Shown here one piece after another: positions 29,738 through 37,863 of a DNA stretch of 64,000 bases (positions are counted from its first letter, which is position 1; each line of letters begins with the position of its first letter). The stretch spans positions 49,319 to 113,318 of the forward strand of contig JAGWLA010000002.1 of NCBI GenBank assembly GCA_028865095.1. The letters are read 5' to 3'. Below the pieces are notes generated by a model. The model saw nothing but the letters and a program-made list of their open reading frames with translations. It made no database searches and was not told the origin of the DNA. This DNA is from Patescibacteria group bacterium (GTDB taxonomy: Bacteria; Patescibacteriota; Minisyncoccia; Phycocordibacterales; PALSA-1337). The position numbers and the translations under genes are program-made.

Positions 29738-29787
29738 TTAGGTGTGGCTCTTTACAGGGAAGTTTAACTGCAAACGAAAGGCAATGT

Positions 29788-30309
29788 ATGACAAAGCAGA
29801 AAGGCGGCGCGATCGTCGACCTGGGCAATGTCATCATTGCCCATTGGTTGAGTAACATCACTCCGGAAAACTTCCATACGGTCGATTACAACTCGATCCC
29901 GGAAGTTCCCGGAGCCTTCGATGGTCTCAAATGGCTCAATGAAAAATTCGGCGGCAACGTCACTGTGGTCTACAAAGCCACCGACATCGCTACCGAAAAG
30001 ATCATCGCCTGGCTCGCGCATCATCGGTTTGCGGAGCGTACAGGCATCCCACTTGAACGGGTCGACCGCACGAAAGGCGGTCGAGACAAAACCCTTCACA
30101 TGGACCAGTCAAGTCTGACCTATCACGGCACAACCGTGGTGGTCGATGACCGACTAGAGGTCATGAGCTATTTCGTTGGAAAGGCCCCTCATCTGTTCCT
30201 GTTTCGCCCTCAACAACAGGAGGTCGAACAGTTCAACGGCACAGGAGCTCTTTCCCACGTCCACATCGTTCAGTCGTGGCAAGAGATTGAAGACATCCTC
30301 AACATGTAG
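29788..30309 (+). CDS. hypothetical protein, paralog A of a tandem pair (possible degenerate HAD-like fold)
   Basis: Shares DLGNVII, HHRF-ERTGIP and VVDDRLEV-like motifs with the next gene. Pattern resembles HAD motifs I/III/IV, but motif I is D-x-G-N-V rather than DxDGT. Lower GC than the flanks. Confidence 0.35.
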   Translation: MTKQKGGAIVDLGNVIIAHWLSNITPENFHTVDYNSIPEVPGAFDGLKWLNEKFGGNVTVVYKATDIATEKIIAWLAHHRFAERTGIPLERVDRTKGGRDKTLHMDQSSLTYHGTTVVVDDRLEVMSYFVGKAPHLFLFRPQQQEVEQFNGTGALSHVHIVQSWQEIEDILNM

Positions 30310-30373
30310 CCCGCGCGATCCGCTTCGCACGGGCTGCTTTTTATATCCAAAATCTCATGGTACGATTACTGCA

Positions 30374-30892
30374 ATGCAAAATAAAATAGCTCTTGGAGTC
30401 GACATCGGCAATGTCATCATCGACAATCGCTCGGTCGATCCGGAAGCAAAAAAAGTCGATGAAGCGACCTATGCGTCATTCCCTCCGACCAGGGGCGTAT
30501 TTGAGGCGCTAAAATCTCTCAACAGCTACTTCCAAGGCGATGTCTATCTCATCTCGAAATGCACCGAATGGGCGCAGGAGCAGATCTTGCTCTGGCTCAA
30601 GGATCACGATTTCTATGCCAGGACAGGCATCAAACCGGAGAACGTCTTCTTTGTCCGGCAGCGCCACGAAAAAGACGGCGTGTGCCGTAAGCTAGGATTG
30701 ACGCATTTCATCGACGATCGCCTTGAAGTGCTCGGCCACATGGTCGGCTCGACTCCGAACCTGATATTATTCCAGCCCGACGACGAAGAAGTCCGGGAGT
30801 TCGAACGGTTCTTGCCCAAGGTCTCTGTCGCCCGAGATTGGGATGAAGCCATGAGAAAGATCGAGAAAGAACATGATATCATATCTCCATGA
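30374..30892 (+). CDS. hypothetical protein, paralog B of the tandem pair
   Basis: VDIGNVII, HDFYARTGIKPENV, RHEKDGVCRKLG, FIDDRLEV. About 30% identical by eye to paralog A. Confidence 0.35.
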   Translation: MQNKIALGVDIGNVIIDNRSVDPEAKKVDEATYASFPPTRGVFEALKSLNSYFQGDVYLISKCTEWAQEQILLWLKDHDFYARTGIKPENVFFVRQRHEKDGVCRKLGLTHFIDDRLEVLGHMVGSTPNLILFQPDDEEVREFERFLPKVSVARDWDEAMRKIEKEHDIISP

Positions 30893-31959
30893 AAGACCTC
30901 TTCACCAGGTCGGCGGCGAACCCGATCATCACGCCGGATAGCTCCGGCTGGTGGAAGATCTATAACCCCGGCGCGGCGCTCGACGGACAGGGCGCTGTCC
31001 ACCTCTTCCCGCGCGCGGTCAAGAAAGAGGCCGATTGGCATTCGCGGATCCTTCATGCCGTCTCCCGCGACGGAGTGCGTTTCGAGCTGGACAAAGAGCC
31101 TGTCTTCGAAAGGATAGGGGAGAGCGAGCTCCGCGGGCTGGAGGATCCTCGGGTGACCTTCCTCGACGGCATCTACCACATCGTCTTCGCCGCATATGAC
31201 GGGGCGAGGGTCTTGCTCCATAGCGCGACCGCGCCGGCGCTCGAAGGCCCGTGGCAGCGCCGCGGCGCGATGCTCCCCGATTTCGATTTCTTCAAGAACG
31301 GCGGCAAGATGGTGGAATGGAAGGACGGCAAGCCCGTTGCCAAGACCCATACCAAGAGTGGCTCGGTCTGGAACAAATCAGGAGCGCTTTTCCCGGAGAA
31401 GATCGGCGGCAAGCCCACGCTCATCTTCGGCGAATATCATATGTGGCTCGCCGGCTCCGACGATGGCTTCCGCTATGAAGCCGATCCGACGCCGATCTTG
31501 ACGCCCCGCACCGGGACGCGTTATTTCGACAATACTTTCATCGAGATGGGGCCGCCGCCGATGCTGACCGACAAGGGGTGGCTGGTCTTGTATCATGGGA
31601 TCGACGAGGCGTTCCGCTATCAGCTCGGCTTCGTCATCCTCGACAGGCATGACGTACGGAAAGTCTTATATAGGACCGACGAGCCTATTTTCGGCCCGAA
31701 AGAGCCGTATGAGATGGGGGATGCCCTGATCGACGTCATCAAGGGCGGTATAACGGCCATGAGCGCGATGGACGACGAGCAGCTTAAGGAGTTCTATAAA
31801 ACGGCCAGGAATGAGAACGTCATGCCCCAAGTGACGTTCTGTCCCGGGGCAGTGGTCAAAGACGAGATGCTCTGGCTTTACTATGGCGCCGGCGACACAT
31901 CGATCTGCATGGCTCACGCGCCGCTCCAGAAGCTACTGGACATGGTCCCCGCCGTCTAG
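30889..31959 (+). CDS. glycoside hydrolase family 130 (beta-mannoside phosphorylase-like, DUF377)
   Basis: GH130-type beta-propeller motifs (NPIITPD, NPGA, EDPRV, YHIVFAAYDG, WLVLYHG, YQLGFVILD, YYGAGDT). Confidence 0.7.
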   Translation: MKDLFTRSAANPIITPDSSGWWKIYNPGAALDGQGAVHLFPRAVKKEADWHSRILHAVSRDGVRFELDKEPVFERIGESELRGLEDPRVTFLDGIYHIVFAAYDGARVLLHSATAPALEGPWQRRGAMLPDFDFFKNGGKMVEWKDGKPVAKTHTKSGSVWNKSGALFPEKIGGKPTLIFGEYHMWLAGSDDGFRYEADPTPILTPRTGTRYFDNTFIEMGPPPMLTDKGWLVLYHGIDEAFRYQLGFVILDRHDVRKVLYRTDEPIFGPKEPYEMGDALIDVIKGGITAMSAMDDEQLKEFYKTARNENVMPQVTFCPGAVVKDEMLWLYYGAGDTSICMAHAPLQKLLDMVPAV

Positions 31960-31987
31960 TACACTCTCACCACAACGACATCCGTCT

Positions 31988-32422
31988 ATGCACCGCCTCC
32001 GCATCACCCGACAATTCATCCGCCGCGCCTTCGGAGTGGCCGTCGCCGCCGTCATCGCCAACGTCATCGTCCTCGGCCTCGCCCGAGCCGCTTTTCCGGC
32101 GCCGGCGGCCTTCAGCCCGTATTTCTACAGCTCCGTCATCGAGCTGACCGCCGCCGGGGTCGTGGCTGCGGCCGCCGTCTATGTGGTCATGGGCCTCATC
32201 TTCAGGAAGCGCGACAGGAACAAGGATTTCGTCTGGGTGTCCTTCGTCGCTCTGGTCCTGTCGTTCGTCCCCGACATCCTCCTGCCGTTCTCGTCCGACG
32301 CGGATAACCAGGGCGCCACCTGGCCCATCGTAGGCGTGCTCATGCTCCTTCACGTCATCCCGGCGGTCATGGTCATATGGGGCTTCACCAGCGGGGTCAA
32401 GGACGTCTCTTCCCATGGATAA
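31988..32422 (+). CDS. hypothetical small integral membrane protein (about 4 TM helices)
   Basis: Start placed at MHRLRITRQ. Hydrophobic helices (VAVAAVIANVIVLGL, VVAAAAVYVVMGLIF, VWVSFVALVLSFV, IVGVLMLLHVIPAVMVIW). Confidence 0.4.
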   Translation: MHRLRITRQFIRRAFGVAVAAVIANVIVLGLARAAFPAPAAFSPYFYSSVIELTAAGVVAAAAVYVVMGLIFRKRDRNKDFVWVSFVALVLSFVPDILLPFSSDADNQGATWPIVGVLMLLHVIPAVMVIWGFTSGVKDVSSHG

Positions 32423-34436
32423 AGGCACGCCGCCTGTCCGGCCTGCGGCGACCGTCATAGGCGCCATATCGGTCACCACCAAGGGGGCCGGCTATGTCGA
32501 CTATGAGGACCCGAAGAAGGACTCGATATATCTCGAGCCGGGCACTCTGAACACCGCCCTCAACCGCGATACCGTCGAAGTGGCGGTCGCCCGGAAGATG
32601 GTCCGCGGGTCCATGCAGGACGTCGGCACCGTCCTGCGGGTCGTCTCGCGCGCCAAAGAGGCCTTCGTCGGCTCCGTATCCTTCGAAGGAGGGGCCTGCC
32701 TGGTCGTTCCCGACGACACCCGCTTCTATACCAAGATCATGATGCCTCCCGCCGAGGCGACCAAGCTCTCGGCCGGGGTCAAAGCGTACGTCAAGCTCCG
32801 CCCCTGGACCGACCCGGCGAAGCTCCCCGAAGGGGAAGTCATCAAGGTCATCGGCCGCAAAGGCGAGAACGACGCCGAGATGGAGTCCATCGTCCTCGAC
32901 AAAGGCTTCGAGATCGGCTTCCCGGCCGCCGTCGAGCGGGAAGCCGCGGAGATCGAGCGGAACAAGGCCATCACGGCCGAAGAGATCGCCGCCCGCCGGG
33001 ACATGCGCTCGACCGAGACCTATACCATCGACCCGTTCGACGCCAAGGATTTCGACGACGCCATCTCCTTCAAGGAGCTGCCCGGCGGCCTCTACGAGGT
33101 CGGCGTCCATATCGCCGACGTCTCCCATTACGTCAGGCCCGGCACGGCCCTCGACGCGGAAGCGGTCAAGCGCGGCTGCTCTGTCTACCTGGTCGACCGG
33201 ACCATCCCCATGCTGCCGGAAGCCCTGTCCAACGACGTCTGCAGCCTCAATCCCCACGAGGACAAGCTGTCGTTCTCGGCCATATTCGTCATGGACGATC
33301 AGGCGCGGGTGCGCGAGCGCTGGTTCGGCAAGACCGTCATGAATTCCTGCCACCGCTTCACGTACGAGACCGCCCAGGCCGCCATCGACGGCGCTCCCGA
33401 GAACGCCGTGAAGTATTCGAACGGCATCCAGACCGCCGCCTCGGCCGAAGCCGGCATGGGATACCGCTCCCAGCTCCAGACCCTGAACCGCCTGGCCAAG
33501 CTCCTCCAGAAGGAGAAGTTCTCCAACGGCGCCATCGAGTTCGAGCAGGACGAGGTCAAGTTCCGCCTCGACGAGAAAGGCAGGCCGGTCGGCGTCTACG
33601 TCAAGGAGCGCATGGACGCGCACAAGCTCGTCGAAGAATACATGCTCCTCGCCAACCGGGAGGTGGCCAAGTTCATATACGACCGGATGAAGGCCAAGGG
33701 CGGCAAGGACACCGGGGCCATATACCGCATCCACGACGTGCCCGACAAGGACCGGATCAAGGATCTGGCCCTGTTCGTCAAAGCCCTCGGCTATGACCTG
33801 AAGACGAAGGACGGCGCCGTCACCGCCCGCGACCTCAACCATCTCCTCGACCAGATCGAGGGCACGCCGCACGAGTCGCTCATCCGCACCGCCACCATCC
33901 GCTCCATGCAGAAAGCGGTCTATTCGACCAAGAACATCGGCCACTTCGGCCTGGCCTTCGAGTTCTACACCCACTTCACGTCGCCGATCCGCCGCTATCC
34001 CGACCTGCTCGTCCACCGCATCCTGGCCAAGCATCTCCACGACGAGCCGTTCGGCGACCGCGACGCCGCCGCCCTCCAGAAGGTCGCCGAGAGCTCGACC
34101 GACCGCGAGATCGGCGCCGCCGAAGCGGAGCGCGCTTCCCGCAAGCTCAAGCAGGTGGAATACATGTCCGAGCGCGTGGGCAAGTCCTTCGCCGGCACCA
34201 TATCGGGCGTGGCCAAATGGGGCCTCTATGTCGAGGAAGACGAGAGCCGCTCGGAGGGCCTGATCCCCATCCGCGAGCTCGGCAACGACTATTATATATT
34301 CGACGAGAAGACGTACAGCATCAAAGGCGAGCGGACAGGGAAGAAGTTCACCCTGGGCGACAAGGTGCGCTTCAAGGTGCTCGCCGCCGACCTCGACAAG
34401 AGGACGCTCGATTATCGTCTGGACGGTGCGCGCTAA
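32415..34436 (+). CDS. rnr: ribonuclease R (RNB family 3-prime-to-5-prime exoribonuclease)
   Basis: N-terminal cold-shock/OB domains, RNB catalytic domain (YTIDPFDAKDFDDAIS, CSLNPHEDKLSFS), C-terminal S1 domain (GTISGVAKWGLYVEE). Confidence 0.85.
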   Translation: MDKGTPPVRPAATVIGAISVTTKGAGYVDYEDPKKDSIYLEPGTLNTALNRDTVEVAVARKMVRGSMQDVGTVLRVVSRAKEAFVGSVSFEGGACLVVPDDTRFYTKIMMPPAEATKLSAGVKAYVKLRPWTDPAKLPEGEVIKVIGRKGENDAEMESIVLDKGFEIGFPAAVEREAAEIERNKAITAEEIAARRDMRSTETYTIDPFDAKDFDDAISFKELPGGLYEVGVHIADVSHYVRPGTALDAEAVKRGCSVYLVDRTIPMLPEALSNDVCSLNPHEDKLSFSAIFVMDDQARVRERWFGKTVMNSCHRFTYETAQAAIDGAPENAVKYSNGIQTAASAEAGMGYRSQLQTLNRLAKLLQKEKFSNGAIEFEQDEVKFRLDEKGRPVGVYVKERMDAHKLVEEYMLLANREVAKFIYDRMKAKGGKDTGAIYRIHDVPDKDRIKDLALFVKALGYDLKTKDGAVTARDLNHLLDQIEGTPHESLIRTATIRSMQKAVYSTKNIGHFGLAFEFYTHFTSPIRRYPDLLVHRILAKHLHDEPFGDRDAAALQKVAESSTDREIGAAEAERASRKLKQVEYMSERVGKSFAGTISGVAKWGLYVEEDESRSEGLIPIRELGNDYYIFDEKTYSIKGERTGKKFTLGDKVRFKVLAADLDKRTLDYRLDGAR

Positions 34437-34499
34437 GGGATTCGAACCCCTGGCCTACCCCACGTCAAGGGGTCGCTCTACCAACTGAGCTAAGCGCGC
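34427..34499 (-). tRNA. tRNA-Val (anticodon GAC)
   Basis: Reverse complement reads GCGCGCT-TA-GCTC-AGTTGGTA-GAGC-G-ACCCC-TTGACGT-GGGGT-AGGCC-AGGGG-TTCGAAT-CCCTT-AGCGCGC-A. The 3-prime end overlaps the rnr stop codon. Confidence 0.75.
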
Positions 34500-34540
34500 G
34501 ATGTACGGACCACTATACCAGACTGGCCGGAAAAATCCAC

Positions 34541-34615
34541 TGGTGACCCTACCGGGAATCGAACCCGGATTTAAGGCTTGAAAAGCCTCCGTCCTAACCG
34601 TTAGACGATAGGGCC
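34541..34615 (-). tRNA. tRNA-Glu (anticodon UUC), CCA encoded
   Basis: Reverse complement GGCCCTATCGTCTAACGGTTAGGACGGAGGCTTTTCAAGCCTTAAATCCGGGTTCGATTCCCGGTAGGGTCACCA. Near-identical to the Glu-CUC gene at 29630 apart from the anticodon and a few stem positions. Confidence 0.8.
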
Positions 34616-34716
34616 GAACGCTAGCAGCGTATCATTTTTTTGTATTTTCGGCAAAAAATTGCTATGGTAGAGCGTATTCGGCGGGCGCCGCCCGGTCCGG
34701 AAAAAGGAGAAATAAA

Positions 34717-34806
34717 GGAGAGATGGCTGAGTGGTCGAAGGCACCGCACTCGAAATGCGGCAGGGGCGCAAGCCCCTCGAGGGTTCGAATCCCTCTCTCT
34801 CCGCCA
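34717..34806 (+). tRNA. tRNA-Ser (anticodon CGA), long variable arm, CCA encoded
   Basis: GGAGAGA-TG-GCTGAGTGGTCGAAGGC...CCGCA-CTCGAAA-TGCGG-(long V-arm CAGGGGCGCAAGCCCCTC)-GAGGG-TTCGAAT-CCCTC-TCTCTCC-G-CCA. Confidence 0.8.
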
Positions 34807-34856
34807 GGACAATCAAGCATCGGTATGACCCGAGCAGTCCGATTCAAACAATTGAA

Positions 34857-35519
34857 ATGATCCCCGGAAAGAGAGAAACAAGAAAAGTGGTCTATTTTGT
34901 TCGACACGGACAAAGCGTGGCGAACGTGACCCCGGTCTTCCAGAGCGAAGACTCGCCGCTATCGGCGACAGGAAAGAAGCAAGCCCAGCTCATAGCCGGC
35001 CGGATATCCCAGATCGACTTTGATGCTTTGATATCGAGCCCCTCGATGCGCACCAAGGAGACGGCGGAATTCATATCTCATAAGACGGGCAAACCAATCG
35101 TCTTCTCGGATCTTTTTGTCGAACGGATAAAGCCGTCTTCGGTATCGGGCAAGCCGCATGACGACAAGGAAGCCAGCAAGAGATTCCATGATTGGGAAAC
35201 TAGCCTGCATGTTCCCAACATGAGAGTCGAGGATGGCGAGAATTTCGATGATATCACAGCTCGCGCCGCACAAGCTCTCTCGTTTCTATACAATCGCCCC
35301 GAAAAGAGGATCGTCGTAGTGACGCACGGATTCTTCTTGAGAGCCTTGCTGGCGAAGGTGCTGAATGGGGATTCCCTTACTTCGAAGAATTTCAGATCAT
35401 TCCTTTTGCATTCAATAATGGATAATACAGGTCTCTCTGCCATCAAATATATAGAAAGCGAGAAGGGGTCCGCTTGGAACTTGTGGATCCATAACGATCA
35501 TGCCCACTTGGCTGAATAA
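34857..35519 (+). CDS. histidine phosphatase family protein (phosphoglycerate-mutase-like)
   Basis: RHG catalytic motif (VYFVRHGQSVAN), conserved Arg (SSPSMRTKETAEF), C-terminal His motif (VVVTHGFFLRALLA). The listed ORF start lies inside tRNA-Ser, so start moved to MIPGKRE. Confidence 0.65.
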   Translation: MIPGKRETRKVVYFVRHGQSVANVTPVFQSEDSPLSATGKKQAQLIAGRISQIDFDALISSPSMRTKETAEFISHKTGKPIVFSDLFVERIKPSSVSGKPHDDKEASKRFHDWETSLHVPNMRVEDGENFDDITARAAQALSFLYNRPEKRIVVVTHGFFLRALLAKVLNGDSLTSKNFRSFLLHSIMDNTGLSAIKYIESEKGSAWNLWIHNDHAHLAE

Positions 35520-35587
35520 TCTCTGCGTTAATCCGAGCACCTAAATTCCGTGCAGAGAGAGTGCGGAAGGAGTATCATAGGAAGCGC

Positions 35588-35812
35588 ATGAGCAAGACAG
35601 GAAAGATTATCATCGGAGCGATCATCGCGGCTGCCGCCGTCGGGGCCGGCTACGTCTTCATGAAGAGCCGGAACAATGGCGCGGCGAGCCAGAACGCAGG
35701 CGGCAGCGCGAGCCAAAGCATCATAATGGGAACGGGCGATCCGTATGACCAGCAGCATCTCCAGCGCACCCTGAATTCAGGGGGAACGCCGGGAGATGGC
35801 GGAGGGGGATGA
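35588..35812 (+). CDS. hypothetical small membrane-anchored protein
   Basis: MSKTGKIIIGAIIAAAAVGAGYVFM TM anchor followed by a Gly/Ser/Gln-rich tail. Weak call. Confidence 0.25.
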   Translation: MSKTGKIIIGAIIAAAAVGAGYVFMKSRNNGAASQNAGGSASQSIIMGTGDPYDQQHLQRTLNSGGTPGDGGGG

Positions 35813-35859
35813 GGGGCGATCTGCTTCATATTTGACCCCAAAGATGATAGATTCTCTGC

Positions 35860-36810
35860 ATGGAACTCGTAAGGGGCTTCAGTCAGCTTACGAAATCCGA
35901 CTCTGACATAGCCGGCGGGAAAGGTGCGTCTCTGGGCGAGATGACCGCCGCCGGGATACCCGTGCCGCCCGGCTTCGTCGTGCTGTCGGCCTCATTCGAG
36001 CGGTTCATCGAAGAGACCGGTCTGACGCAGGAGATCGACGCGGCATTGCATGCGGTCGACCACAAGGAGATCCATACCGTCGAGAACGCTTCCGAGAGGA
36101 TCCAGGCCCTGATCCTCGCGGCCGAGATGCCGAAGGACATAGCCTCCGAGATCGAGAAGGCATTCAAGGGATTGGGCGCGCCCTATGTGGCGGTCCGCTC
36201 GTCCGCGACCGCCGAAGACTCTTCCATGGCCGCGTGGGCCGGGCAGCTTGACAGCTATCTGAATACGACGGAAAAGGACCTGCTCGAGAAAGTGAAGCGC
36301 TGCTGGGCATCGCTGTTCACGCCGCGCGCCATCTTCTATCGCTTCGAGAAAGGTCTGCACGCGGCCAAGATCTCCGTGGCCGTCGTCGTCCAGAAGATGG
36401 TCGCCTCGGAGAAGTCCGGCATCGCCTTCTCTGTCCATCCGGTGACAGAAGACCACAACCAGCTCATCATCGAAGCGGGCTTCGGCCTCGGTGAAGCTAT
36501 CGTCTCCGGCCAGATAACGCCGGATAGCTATGTGGTGGAGAAAAAGCCGAGAAGGATCGTGGATATCAGCGTCTCCGAGCAGACGAAAGGGCTCTTCAGG
36601 CGGGACGGCGGCGGGAACGAATGGAAGGGGCTGGGCAAGCTCGGCGCCTCGCAAGTCTTGGATGAGGCCGCGATCCTGGATCTAGCGGAGCTCGTGGTGA
36701 AGATAGAGAGGCATTACGGCTTTCCCTGCGACATCGAATGGGCATACGAGGACGGGAGATTCTACATCGTCCAGAGCAGGCCGATCACGACGCTGCAAAA
36801 GAAACAATGA
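35860..36810 (+). CDS. PEP-synthase/PPDK-type N-terminal ATP-grasp (nucleotide-binding) domain protein, stand-alone
   Basis: PPDK_N-like start (DIAGGKGASLGEMTAAGIPVPPGFVV), AVRSSATAEDSSMAAWAGQ, ATP-grasp body to the C-terminus (DIEWAYEDGRFYIVQSRPIT). No swivel His domain in this ORF. Stop overlaps the next start (ATGA). Confidence 0.7.
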   Translation: MELVRGFSQLTKSDSDIAGGKGASLGEMTAAGIPVPPGFVVLSASFERFIEETGLTQEIDAALHAVDHKEIHTVENASERIQALILAAEMPKDIASEIEKAFKGLGAPYVAVRSSATAEDSSMAAWAGQLDSYLNTTEKDLLEKVKRCWASLFTPRAIFYRFEKGLHAAKISVAVVVQKMVASEKSGIAFSVHPVTEDHNQLIIEAGFGLGEAIVSGQITPDSYVVEKKPRRIVDISVSEQTKGLFRRDGGGNEWKGLGKLGASQVLDEAAILDLAELVVKIERHYGFPCDIEWAYEDGRFYIVQSRPITTLQKKQ

Positions 36811-37835
36811 GGCTTCTTCTGACCAAATCTTTCTCCCGGGAGCACTCGCTCTTCTACTGCTACGTCTGGAACGATAGCGACATGATTGGACTTCCGAAAT
36901 ACGCCGACATGAGCCCGAACTCGCTCTTCCAAGGCGAGGGCAGAGGGAAGAGATTATCGGTCTGGTACAACCAGGCGGAATTGGATATGTTGTTCGGAAA
37001 TATCGAGAAGAAGATAAGCGCTGATCCTCGATATTTTGCGAATGCTAAAAGCGAATTCTACAAATGGTGGGATCTGCTCCTTCCTTACATAAAGAAAGAG
37101 AAGAAGATCGGATCGATAGACTGTATTGAAGATTTTTATGACATATTTGTGAAATGGTGGTCGCCCATGGCCTCGATCATATATATCCCTGATATGAAGG
37201 ACGCACCGGAGGATATCAAAAAGGAAGCTTTCAAGATCCGCGACGAGACCCAGCATTATTCAGATGATGGCGATAGGCTCTTCATTGAATTCTTCCTTGC
37301 ACATTACCCGGAATATACGGACATCGCTTATGTGATATCTCCAACAGAGGTATTTTCGCTCAAGGATGGGCCTTTGAGCCAGCAAGCTCTAGCCGAGATC
37401 AGAAAAAGGCTAGACGGATACATCGTGCACAAAGGGAAGCTGTACCTTGCAAGCGAACTGGACAAAGTCCTTGAAGCCAATAAGCTCGAATTAGAGAAGC
37501 CTAAAACCGAGGATTTGAAAGAGATAAAAGGCGTGCCGGCTAGCAAAGGCAAAGCGAAAGGACCCATCAAGCTCGTCCTTTACAAAGAGCAGATAAAGAC
37601 AGTGAAAGAAGGCGATATACTCGTCACAGAGATGACGTCTCCGGATTTTGTGCCTGCCATGAAGAGATCGGCAGCCATCATTACCGACGAAGGCGGGATA
37701 ACTTGTCATGCTGCTATTGCCTCAAGGGAACTTGGAAAACCATGCATCATAGGTACCAAAATCGCTACGCAGGTCTTCAAGGACGGCGACCTGGTCGAAG
37801 TGGATGCGGACAGAGGGCTGGTAAGGAAGATTTAA
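36807..37835 (+). CDS. phosphotransferase subunit: unknown about 240-aa substrate-type domain plus C-terminal PEP-utilising-enzyme mobile (phospho-His swivel) domain
   Basis: C-terminal motif LVTEMTSPDFVPAMKRSAAIITDEGGITCHAAIASRELGKPCIIG matches the GGxTSHAAI[IV]ARE swivel-His domain with the catalytic His retained. The N-terminal domain (REHSLFYCYVWNDSD...WYNQAELD...) is unassigned. Lower GC than the flanks. Confidence 0.65.
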   Translation: MRLLLTKSFSREHSLFYCYVWNDSDMIGLPKYADMSPNSLFQGEGRGKRLSVWYNQAELDMLFGNIEKKISADPRYFANAKSEFYKWWDLLLPYIKKEKKIGSIDCIEDFYDIFVKWWSPMASIIYIPDMKDAPEDIKKEAFKIRDETQHYSDDGDRLFIEFFLAHYPEYTDIAYVISPTEVFSLKDGPLSQQALAEIRKRLDGYIVHKGKLYLASELDKVLEANKLELEKPKTEDLKEIKGVPASKGKAKGPIKLVLYKEQIKTVKEGDILVTEMTSPDFVPAMKRSAAIITDEGGITCHAAIASRELGKPCIIGTKIATQVFKDGDLVEVDADRGLVRKI

Positions 37836-37863
37836 AGCGGCCCATTAGGGTATAATCTATCCA

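Noticed and set aside
34731-34856. Listed ORF start for the histidine phosphatase gene inside tRNA-Ser
   Set aside because: The 5-prime 126 nt overlap the tRNA-Ser gene; the conserved RHG motif begins after the internal Met at 34857.
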